DNA of 42,488 bases from a virus. Shown piece by piece: positions 26,009-33,261 of this stretch. The notes under the pieces were generated by a model. That model had not been told where the DNA came from. It saw only the letters and a program-made list of their open reading frames with translations, and searched no databases. The position numbers were made by a program, and so were the translations under genes. Position 1 is the first letter of the stretch. Every line of letters starts with the position of its first letter. The stretch spans positions 1 through 42,488 of IMG/VR virus record IMGVR_UViG_3300002460_000010. One strand, given 5' to 3'.

Positions 26009-26136
26009 TTTCGTGTAGTTTCTCTTTTACGTTTTGTTTTACAGTCGAAGCAGGTAATCATTATTCCTCTGTTGCTACGCGTCATTATACTTTTACAATA
26101 ACGGCATTTAACTTTGTAACGGTTTATCTTTCTCAT
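25981..26136 (-). CDS. unlisted 51-aa zinc-ribbon ORF (CxxC-x17-CxxC)
   Basis: MRKINRYKVKCRYCKSIMTRSNRGIMITCFDCKTKRKRETTRKWTQKKQSG. GGAGG lies 6 nt upstream of the ATG. It bridges the 99-nt gap between GroEL and the dehydrogenase, overlapping each by about 28 nt. Below the ORF-track size cutoff. Confidence 0.45.
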   Translation of the reverse strand: MRKINRYKVKCRYCKSIMTRSNRGIMITCFDCKTKRKRETTRKWTQKKQSG

Positions 26137-27571
26137 CGTTGGCCTCCACCAAAATTCCTTTAGTTGTAATTAACAACGACACAATAGACACGGCAGATTC
26201 CACGCCCGCAATCAGCACCTCCACCGGATCTATAATATCTTCTCCAACTTCTAATTCTTTTACCTCCATATTCTCTAACAATTGTTGGTGAGGATATTTA
26301 AGAGCAGCATTTAAAATACCGCTGGATGTTTTAATCTCGCCTAAAGTAACACCCGCACCCATTACTACACCATCTTTAAACGCTACCTTGGTTGCATTAA
26401 CCGCGTCTTCCACCTTGTACCTTAAGGCCTTCATTTCATTCTCCGTAGCGCCACCGACCTTTATAACCGCTACGCCGGAAGTTAGCTTGGCTAACCGGTC
26501 CTTCATCTTATCTTTCTTTAACTCTGATTCTGTAGTTTCAATAATAGCTTTGAGCTTGGTAACATACTCATCTATCTTCTTGCCGTGTCCTCCGACTATA
26601 GTTGTAGAATCCTTAGTAAGAATTACTTTGTCGGCCATACCCAGGTCCTCTAATTGCACATCCTCTATCTTCTTCCCTAAGTCGCCGGCAATAAAGCTGG
26701 AACCGGTAAGCTCGGCTACATCCATTAAGAACTCATACTTATCATTGGAATAGTATGGAGCTTTAACAGCAGGGAAGAGGCCGACACCCTTTACGTAATT
26801 TATTACTAATGTGGCCAAGGCCTCTCCCCTGATGTCATCAGCTATAATGAGGAGCTGCCTGTTCCCCGACGCCACTACTTTGTTCATTAATGGAACTAAC
26901 TCCTTTACATCTACCAGCTCCCTATCAGTTACGAATATATAGGGCTTATCCAATATCGTCTCGGCCTTCTCCGGGCTATTAATAAAATAAGGAGAAGCAA
27001 AACCACGGGGGAACTGGAGGCCTTTTACTACGGTATGGGTCGTCTCCATCGAGCGGGATTCTTCTATAGTAACAATGGCTTCATGGCCGAGTTCAGATAG
27101 AATCTCGGAAATAACCTCAGCCATCTTTTCGTTATTAAAAGATATATAAGCTACTTGCTTGAGGTCTTCTTTGCTTGTTATCTGTCTGGCTTTGGCTTTT
27201 ATCTGAACCTTGAACTCTTCTAACCCTTGTTGTAAGTCAGCTATAACTTCACGGGCTTTGTAAGATTCCAGTGCCTTGATTTCTTTCATCAACGCTTGAA
27301 GCATTATAAGAGAGGACGTTGTGCCGTCACCAACGCGATCATTGGTCTTCACGGCTACTTCTTTTACTAGCTGAACTACGGAGTTCTCAAACTCATCCGG
27401 TAATTCAAACTCTTTAGCCGTAGCAACGCCATCATCTATTACTTCTTGGCGATTACCACGTTGGAGGATTACTTTATTCTGAGCCGGGCCGTAAGTAGGT
27501 TTTACAAAATCACAGAGCTTATCAACGGCGTCAAAGATTAATGGGTTTAGTTTTTGGGTGTATTTTTTCAT
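26108..27571 (-). CDS. groEL: group I chaperonin GroEL/Cpn60 homolog (short, 487 aa)
   Basis: 'VGDGTTSS', 'QFPRGFASPYFIN', 'LLIIADDIRGEALATLVIN', 'AVKAP', 'GVAVIKVGGATENEMKALRYKVEDAVNATKVAFKDGVVMGAG' all align with conserved E. coli GroEL blocks. It lacks the GGM tail and about 45 aa of the C-terminal equatorial region. Confidence 0.9.
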   Translation of the reverse strand: MKKYTQKLNPLIFDAVDKLCDFVKPTYGPAQNKVILQRGNRQEVIDDGVATAKEFELPDEFENSVVQLVKEVAVKTNDRVGDGTTSSLIMLQALMKEIKALESYKAREVIADLQQGLEEFKVQIKAKARQITSKEDLKQVAYISFNNEKMAEVISEILSELGHEAIVTIEESRSMETTHTVVKGLQFPRGFASPYFINSPEKAETILDKPYIFVTDRELVDVKELVPLMNKVVASGNRQLLIIADDIRGEALATLVINYVKGVGLFPAVKAPYYSNDKYEFLMDVAELTGSSFIAGDLGKKIEDVQLEDLGMADKVILTKDSTTIVGGHGKKIDEYVTKLKAIIETTESELKKDKMKDRLAKLTSGVAVIKVGGATENEMKALRYKVEDAVNATKVAFKDGVVMGAGVTLGEIKTSSGILNAALKYPHQQLLENMEVKELEVGEDIIDPVEVLIAGVESAVSIVSLLITTKGILVEANDEKDKPLQS

Positions 27572-28917
27572 TCGTAGTAAAGTGGCTCAACCTGGTGCTT
27601 AAAGATATGGTCAAGCGAATAATTCTTGAGCAACTCTCTCTGCCCCAATAGAGGTTTATTTATATTCATTTGGTTTTCTATAATCGCCGCCCAGTCAGCG
27701 TAATACTTGTCTTCATCAGTATAATTAACTACGGTGTCTTTACTCCCAAACTCCATATATAAAGAATGGTCTCCACCAAATTCTCTAAGCTGAGGGACAT
27801 TGGCATTTAAAACGAGGAGGTTCTTTGATAACATAGCCTCCAATAATATCAGCGAACAGTTCTCACTAATTGTAGGAAATACGAATAAGTTTGACAAGAG
27901 GAAAAGTTGAGAAACTATCTCTCTACTTACCCCAGCTTCATACTTCGGGATTTCTTCAAGAGACGTAAAGATAACTTCATCAGGATCAAGCCCCCAAGAA
28001 GCAAATGTAGCTTGTAAACTTTGAATATTTTTCTTTTCCCTTTCATGATTAGCGTGAGCATTGGCGATAATATATTTAACTTTGTGTCCTCTGGCTTTGA
28101 GTTTAGCGAATACTCTAACCGCTTTCTGAACCTGTTTACCATCCACCATCCGAGTAGAAGAAAGAGGATAAATCCCCATGTAATCAGCAGATAATAAATC
28201 ATATTTATTAATTAAGTTTATAACAAAAGGGTCAAGTTGCCAAAAGGTTCTGGGGTCTACTACATTGTGGACAACCCGGACTTCGGATAACCAAGTTCCA
28301 TACATTTCAGCTAAAGCCAGGGCATGATAGTTGTTTAAGTAAATTATCTTAGCGTTGCGGGGTTTGTTAAATCTAAAGCTATGTATACCGGTAGGTTCTC
28401 TTACTGATGGAGCTGAATGAGTCCAGAGAAGCCATTTGGCTTTAATCAAATCATACTGGCAAATCTCGTGAATAGCTCCGCAATAAGGAATATAGGTGTC
28501 AATGAAGTGCATATCATGAGCAATCATCACATCTATGTCGGCAGCGAACTGTCTCAGAGCGCTCACGACAAGCTTAACCTCGTCCTTAAATTCTTCTGGT
28601 TGGCCGAAGCTCTTGTATTTTTCCAGTATTAATTGAGGGATGACTTTTCTAATCTCCACTCCTTTAGGTATTTTGTCATCATCTTTAAATGACGGCAGAA
28701 CGAATAAGACACATTTATATCCGTGCTTGAGGTTCATTTCGAGTTGGTCATGGATAACCGAAGTAACTGAATAAGCCCTACTCCAGTCGTAGTGCGTGGT
28801 CATAAAACCGATTGTCTTCTTAAGTTCCTCCATAGTTTGATACTTTCTCCTGGCAGTGAAGCCAGAGAGCGGGGATTTCTCCCTCCCCCAGTAGATTGCT
28901 CTACCAGGAGAAAACAT
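27568..28917 (-). CDS. GT-B fold glycosyltransferase (GT4-like)
   Basis: 'FVFPTISENCSLILLEAMLSKNLLVLN' (GT4 C-terminal EX7E-type block). Its stop overlaps the GroEL ATG (ATGA). ATG 28917 overlaps the upstream TGA (TGATG); ATG 28833 (MEELKK…) is an alternative. Confidence 0.65.
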   Translation of the reverse strand: MFSPGRAIYWGREKSPLSGFTARRKYQTMEELKKTIGFMTTHYDWSRAYSVTSVIHDQLEMNLKHGYKCVLFVLPSFKDDDKIPKGVEIRKVIPQLILEKYKSFGQPEEFKDEVKLVVSALRQFAADIDVMIAHDMHFIDTYIPYCGAIHEICQYDLIKAKWLLWTHSAPSVREPTGIHSFRFNKPRNAKIIYLNNYHALALAEMYGTWLSEVRVVHNVVDPRTFWQLDPFVINLINKYDLLSADYMGIYPLSSTRMVDGKQVQKAVRVFAKLKARGHKVKYIIANAHANHEREKKNIQSLQATFASWGLDPDEVIFTSLEEIPKYEAGVSREIVSQLFLLSNLFVFPTISENCSLILLEAMLSKNLLVLNANVPQLREFGGDHSLYMEFGSKDTVVNYTDEDKYYADWAAIIENQMNINKPLLGQRELLKNYSLDHIFKHQVEPLYYE

Positions 28918-29288
28918 CAAATCTCATATTTCTTGATCCAGTTGCAGTTAGCGCATAATAGCTGATACCGGTTCTTATCTACTTCTCCTTTTATAATTTT
29001 TAAATATATTTTACGCTTACTTAAACCGTATTTCTTCCTGTCTTCCGGTGCATCATCGTTAACATGGTCTAGCTGTAATACTCTGTAATCAGAATTATCA
29101 CACCTTTTACATTTACCACCATACATTTCAAGCAATAATAACCTTACTCGTTGTTCGCGACTCAGTGACCGTACCTTAGTCATTACCTCATCATAGTCCT
29201 CCCTAGATGCTTTTCTAATGGGGACTTTCGTCACCATTATATTATACAATAAATCTTGATATATGTTATCAACAAGCTTAATTTCCAC
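28917..29288 (-). CDS. HNH endonuclease
   Basis: 'CKRCDNSDYRVLQLDHVND' and 'LLCANCNWIK'. The start is uncertain: GTG 29288 directly abuts GGGAGG, and ATG 29237 is the alternative. Confidence 0.7.
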   Translation of the reverse strand: MEIKLVDNIYQDLLYNIMVTKVPIRKASREDYDEVMTKVRSLSREQRVRLLLLEMYGGKCKRCDNSDYRVLQLDHVNDDAPEDRKKYGLSKRKIYLKIIKGEVDKNRYQLLCANCNWIKKYEI

Positions 29289-29471
29289 CTCCCGCCACCT
29301 TATCCAAGGTTTGAATTTAATCAGGCGGAGGGGTGCGGCATGGCTAAACCTTTTCAGGTTCGCATTCCTCTGTTAGCCTCTAGAGCCAGACCCCGTAGGA
29401 TTATCGTGTCTGGTGCTATCCGTAGTTTCCCCCTTCACTTGCCGAAGTTACAGATGGGATAGTCGGATAGC
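29288..29471 (-). other. GC-rich structured RNA region (three consecutive hairpins) upstream of the HNH ORF; ncRNA or structured 5' leader
   Basis: Plus-strand coordinates. H1: 29415..29422 pairs with 29464..29471 (8 bp), with inner TCCC/GGGG and CTTC/GAAG stems. H2: 29330..29338 pairs with 29386..29394, with an inner GGCTAA/TTAGCC stem. H3: 29288..29296 pairs with 29324..29331 (CCTCCGCC/GGCGGGAGG), burying the SD-like GGGAGG. Confidence 0.4.
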
Positions 29472-29480
29472 TAATATGAG

Positions 29481-29801
29481 TTACTTACCTTCCTTTACTT
29501 TCTCTACTTTCCATTCAACCTTAGTTCCTTTAGTAGAAACTCTGGTAACTTTAACCTTACCTCCCTCAACGACTCCGGCGTCTAAAATCATCCGGGCTAG
29601 TCTAACTCCGCTTGTGGTCTTGTCTTTACCATTAACATTAAAGGTCATTTCTATTGACTCCTGTTCAGGATCAAATCGTGACTGAACTTTCATGGCGCTG
29701 ACAAACACACCTTCAAAGCTCTCCCCATCCTTTAGTGTTATAAAATCCGATATATCATTTAAGATATCTCCTAAACCCTGCGCTTTTACTTCTTCTGCCA
29801 T
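29481..29801 (-). CDS. hypothetical protein
   Basis: 106-aa ORF whose start lies 1 nt after the upstream stop. Confidence 0.55.
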   Translation of the reverse strand: MAEEVKAQGLGDILNDISDFITLKDGESFEGVFVSAMKVQSRFDPEQESIEMTFNVNGKDKTTSGVRLARMILDAGVVEGGKVKVTRVSTKGTKVEWKVEKVKEGK

Positions 29802-29802
29802 T

Positions 29803-30693
29803 TTATACGGCCAGTAGTTCGGCTAACGTAGCAGTCGGGGACGGCTCCGCAGCTTTCATACTAGCTTTATTAATTTCTAATTTAACTTGGTCAAATAATT
29901 TATTTAACTTATGCAAATGGACTGATGACTTAAACGCTGCTCTGAAATCATCCACGTAATCCAGTATAATCGGGTTAAAATCTTCCTGCCCGAATGGTGC
30001 TACGCAATATGCTTGTATCGGCCCAGGGAGCGTAAAGGTCTTCTCCCCTTCAGCATCATAGCCTCCGTTTTCACTTAACATAATATCATAACCACCCACT
30101 TGGATGAACTGGCTGAAGTAGACATCTTTACTGCTTTTAAAGTCACCGGCTATTATGCGGTCCTGCATATCAAGCCAGCCAGTGTCTCCAATACCACCCG
30201 TCCATAATGGCTCTGAAAAACAATGAACCTCACTCCATAAAAATCTTTTGACATTCTTCTTGGCCCATTCGCAGAAGACCTCTACGCCTTCGGCAGTGCC
30301 GGTAGGAACACCTCCGTATTTTTCCATACATTCTTTAATCCATATCTCCAATACTAAATGTCTATCGGTCCCGGCCACAGCCGCATCATCCTTCTTCTTA
30401 TTGTGATTCTTATAACAGCTATCTAAATAATCCAGCCACACTTTAGGTTTCATTTCTCTAATACCTCGGAGCACTGTCTCTATCTCCGGCAACCTTTCCT
30501 TATCCGGCACAATCTTATACTTCCCGTTTACCTTCTTATTATACTTCTGCCACCCTAACGGTTTAAGTGTTTGCTCTGCAACCCACCAGCCAAGGGGCTT
30601 GTTAATAATACCAACAACAGTCGAGCAACCCATTAATGGTTCTTCTTTGAAATAGTGAATGTGTTTTATTTTATCGAAATGATACTGGTTCAT
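29803..30693 (-). CDS. PD-(D/E)XK superfamily nuclease (RecB/Cas4/exonuclease-like)
   Basis: 'IGDTGWLD', 'IIAGDFKSSK' (D…(D/E)xK), 'QFIQVGGYD' (QxxxY). Confidence 0.6.
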   Translation of the reverse strand: MNQYHFDKIKHIHYFKEEPLMGCSTVVGIINKPLGWWVAEQTLKPLGWQKYNKKVNGKYKIVPDKERLPEIETVLRGIREMKPKVWLDYLDSCYKNHNKKKDDAAVAGTDRHLVLEIWIKECMEKYGGVPTGTAEGVEVFCEWAKKNVKRFLWSEVHCFSEPLWTGGIGDTGWLDMQDRIIAGDFKSSKDVYFSQFIQVGGYDIMLSENGGYDAEGEKTFTLPGPIQAYCVAPFGQEDFNPIILDYVDDFRAAFKSSVHLHKLNKLFDQVKLEINKASMKAAEPSPTATLAELLAV

Positions 30694-30729
30694 ATATTCT
30701 CGTTGGTTATGATAAGTTATTTAAAATTT

Positions 30730-30760
30730 TAGAGGAGGGATTAACTAGTCACCTCCTCTA
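30730..30760 (-). promoter_or_regulatory. perfect 9-bp inverted repeat tagaggagg/cctcctcta (13-nt loop); a third copy of cctcctcta lies at 30764..30772
   Basis: Read from sequence. On the - strand transcript GAGGAGG pairs with CCTCCTC and is followed by AAAATTTTAA. Confidence 0.5.
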
Positions 30761-30833
30761 AAACCTCCTCTATCTTTCTTATTAAAACATAGATACTAGC
30801 TAAAAGAACTAACACTACGACTGTCTTTTTCAT
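30741..30833 (-). CDS. possible 30-aa single-TM micro-protein
   Basis: MKKTVVVLVLLASIYVLIRKIEEVLEEVTS. Its ATG overlaps the stop of the upstream micro-ORF (ATGA). Below the track cutoff. Confidence 0.3.
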   Translation of the reverse strand: MKKTVVVLVLLASIYVLIRKIEEVLEEVTS

Positions 30834-30916
30834 CCTGCCTCGTTTCTTATTAAATCCCAAATTAAAATCATCACTATTACTGATACTATTCCAAAAAATA
30901 CATATTTGTACTCCAT
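30830..30916 (-). CDS. possible 28-aa single-TM micro-protein
   Basis: MEYKYVFFGIVSVIVMILIWDLIRNEAG. Below the track cutoff. Confidence 0.3.
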   Translation of the reverse strand: MEYKYVFFGIVSVIVMILIWDLIRNEAG

Positions 30917-31014
30917 ATTATTTAGGTAAGAGGCTGGGCTGAGGAAGGGTCTGTCATTAGTTTCCCGCCGACAACTATCGCCTAGGCTTCTATCCGCTTC
31001 CTCAACGCAACCTC

Positions 31015-31773
31015 CTATCCCTTTAATCCGTTAAAAGAGGGGGGGGTTAATCTATTTTTAATTATCTCCACATATTCGGCTTCTTTCTCTATCAGTATAA
31101 AGTTTCTTTTAATGTTTCTACAAGCCACGCCAGTCGTTCCTGAACCTGCACAGTTATCTAAAACTAAATCTCCTTCATTGGTGTAGGTCTTAATAAGATA
31201 TTCAAAGAGGGCTACTGGTTTTTGAGTGGGGTGGAGTTTAGATTTATCTCTACAAAAGTATTGAATTGTTTTTGGGTGTCTTAATCCACTTTCATTATTT
31301 GTTTCAAAGTTTTCTACTGTTCCACCTTTCCAATTTTTACTTTGTTTTCCTGATACACATTTGTAAGGTTTACCCTCTGTTTTTTGTGGAGTATACTTCA
31401 TAAACTTTCCTGTTGGAGTATAAGTAACAGCAGATTTTCCAAATATAAAAACTTGTTCGTGGATTCTTAGTGGTTGATGATTCGCCGCTACTACATTTGT
31501 TCCATTATCCTTTTCCCATATCCAATCGTATTTGTATAAATGTGGTGCTTGTAGGTAAAGTTGAGTGCCAAACTTAAATGTCCCAGTAAGGACTATTGCC
31601 CCGTCATCTTTTATTATTCGTTCATATTCTGACCATAATAATTTTGGGTTGATAGGAAAATCCCACTTATTACCAGTTTCGGCATAAGGTAAATCACAAA
31701 GTATCATATCAATACTCTTATCAGGTATCTTAGTCATTTCTATAAGGCAGTCGCCTTGGATTATTTCTTCCAT
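31015..31773 (-). CDS. DNA amino-methyltransferase, beta class (probably N6-adenine)
   Basis: 'ILCDLPYA' (motif IV, DPPY-like) precedes 'LVLDNCAGSGTTGVA' (motif I). The coding strand has a C8 run 12 codons from the stop. Confidence 0.75.
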   Translation of the reverse strand: MEEIIQGDCLIEMTKIPDKSIDMILCDLPYAETGNKWDFPINPKLLWSEYERIIKDDGAIVLTGTFKFGTQLYLQAPHLYKYDWIWEKDNGTNVVAANHQPLRIHEQVFIFGKSAVTYTPTGKFMKYTPQKTEGKPYKCVSGKQSKNWKGGTVENFETNNESGLRHPKTIQYFCRDKSKLHPTQKPVALFEYLIKTYTNEGDLVLDNCAGSGTTGVACRNIKRNFILIEKEAEYVEIIKNRLTPPSFNGLKG

Positions 31774-31821
31774 ATTATTTCATCTTAGTTAGTAACTCTA
31801 TGGCTCGGTCATCTATTCTAT

Positions 31822-32028
31822 TCATCTTCTTTGGGGGTTAAAAGTTAGTTTAGTCCATTGATAAAATCCACAAGCTCCAAAAAATCCCATCACTATGTTC
31901 CAACGGGTAATTCCCCAAACATCCTGCCAAACAATTCCGCATATCATCCAAAAAGTAAGGAACAAAAAGACTTTCCATACAACCTTTAGATATTTCGTAA
32001 AATTTTCAGTTTCTATTATTGTTTTCAT
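31822..32028 (-). CDS. small membrane protein
   Basis: 68 aa with two hydrophobic segments (VFLFLTFWMICGIVW; VMGFFGACGFY). ATGA-type overlap with the upstream gene. Confidence 0.5.
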   Translation of the reverse strand: MKTIIETENFTKYLKVVWKVFLFLTFWMICGIVWQDVWGITRWNIVMGFFGACGFYQWTKLTFNPQRR

Positions 32029-32753
32029 TCTTCTTTATTGATAAAGGTTTTTATGTCGGTGAGGGCTTGATTGTAGCCATCTCTTTTTCCGTATTCCTTT
32101 TGGTAGTGCAATTTTCCTTCTGGTGTTCCTTGCTGACAAACTCCTAATTGGATAATACTACTATGTCTTTTATTATTCTCCTCCGCCCACTTCAGTATCT
32201 CCCCATCCCTCTGCTTCTTAGCTTCGGCTAGGAGGGATGATAATTTTTCTAACAATGAATTACAGGTCTCCTCTATCCCTATTCCGCCATTTCTATGTGG
32301 GTCAATTAATCTGGCGAATATCTCTTTCCATTCTTTCTCCCAATCACTAGGCTTTTCGGGCTTCCCGTGAGAACACCAATCATCAAACGGGCAACCACAT
32401 TCAGGCAGATTAGCTTCGTGGCAGGGGCAGACTAAATCAGAACAGACAGACTGATAACCACAACAACCACAGGCTGCGAATCCATTTACATCTGACTTGC
32501 AAGTGTGTATTAACTTTGATGCCTTACATTTTTCGCAACAGTTTTTCATATTCTCCGAGGGGGGCGTATCTTTACACCGACAATCGTCAAACGGACACTT
32601 GAACTCCTTGGGGTTCTGTTGGGAGTCTAATTCTTTGCCAAATCTCATAAGAAAACCCTCGGCATATCCGAACATACGACCCTCTTCTTCATTATTGGCT
32701 AGCTTAGGATTTTTTATTATAAAATCTTCTGCTAGTTTTTGATATTTGTTCAT
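32025..32753 (-). CDS. hypothetical protein with very Cys-rich central domain
   Basis: About 20 Cys in ~80 aa, with 'CPFDDC' and 'CGCPFDDWC' repeated. Confidence 0.55.
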   Translation of the reverse strand: MNKYQKLAEDFIIKNPKLANNEEEGRMFGYAEGFLMRFGKELDSQQNPKEFKCPFDDCRCKDTPPSENMKNCCEKCKASKLIHTCKSDVNGFAACGCCGYQSVCSDLVCPCHEANLPECGCPFDDWCSHGKPEKPSDWEKEWKEIFARLIDPHRNGGIGIEETCNSLLEKLSSLLAEAKKQRDGEILKWAEENNKRHSSIIQLGVCQQGTPEGKLHYQKEYGKRDGYNQALTDIKTFINKEE

Positions 32754-32762
32754 AAATTAAAT

Positions 32763-32948
32763 TTACTCATTAAACACCGCATCCTGGCATTTAACACAGG
32801 CCCCGGAAATTAAATATTCTTTAAAACCTAAAGTATTATCCTCAAATTCAGTTTCTATATCTATCTCCTTAGCGCAAAGGGGACACTTGCCTTCGTCTAT
32901 ACGTTCCGCCATTTCGGGGAAGAGGGTTTTGATTATTTCTTTGTTCAT
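32763..32948 (-). CDS. small zinc-ribbon-like protein
   Basis: ATG 32948 makes an ATGA overlap with the upstream stop. Motifs 'CPLCAKE…CVKCQD'. Confidence 0.5.
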   Translation of the reverse strand: MNKEIIKTLFPEMAERIDEGKCPLCAKEIDIETEFEDNTLGFKEYLISGACVKCQDAVFNE

Positions 32949-33253
32949 TTGATTGGCTCCGGACGCTTTGACCAGCAGTCCTCGCACATTTTAGCCATAA
33001 CCTTGCCTTTCTTAATTAACGAATAAAGGGAGTCGTTAGGTCTGTGTTCTAAGCAGAAGTTACAGAGCGGTTCCTTAGCCCGGCGAGACTGATACTGCCC
33101 TGACTTCTTCCATATCTTCCATATCCTTGTGTGATCTATCTCCTCATACCCGGCCTTGATAAGCAACTCCCGAACCTCTCTCAGCGACTTACCCATAGTC
33201 ATATGAGCGATTATAAACTCGTTGCGGTCTGTTTTTGTAGTTGTTTCGTACAT
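32945..33253 (-). CDS. putative HTH + zinc-ribbon DNA-binding protein
   Basis: 'GKSLREVRELLIKAGY' helix-turn-helix-like segment and C-terminal 'CNFC…CEDC'. Confidence 0.4.
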   Translation of the reverse strand: MYETTTKTDRNEFIIAHMTMGKSLREVRELLIKAGYEEIDHTRIWKIWKKSGQYQSRRAKEPLCNFCLEHRPNDSLYSLIKKGKVMAKMCEDCWSKRPEPIK

Positions 33254-33261
33254 ATTGTGAG

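Noticed and set aside
29357-29368. GGTTCGCATTCC, a tRNA T-loop-like string in the GC-rich gap; also a general tRNA search of all intergenic regions.
   Set aside because: No 5-bp T-stem, acceptor stem or anticodon arm can be drawn around it. No other GTTCGAATC-type T-loops were seen.
28917-29471. HNH ORF plus adjacent structured RNA as a HEARO/IscB-omega-RNA-type system or a group I intron.
   Set aside because: The HNH protein is only about 123 aa with no RuvC domain. The flanking genes are not halves of a split gene, and the RNA is too short for a group I core.
29256-29685. + strand ORFs 29256..29462 and 29413..29685.
   Set aside because: They lie antisense within the - strand block, have no SD, and show Pro/Arg/Ser-rich composition typical of reading GC-rich structured sequence or the reverse of a real gene.
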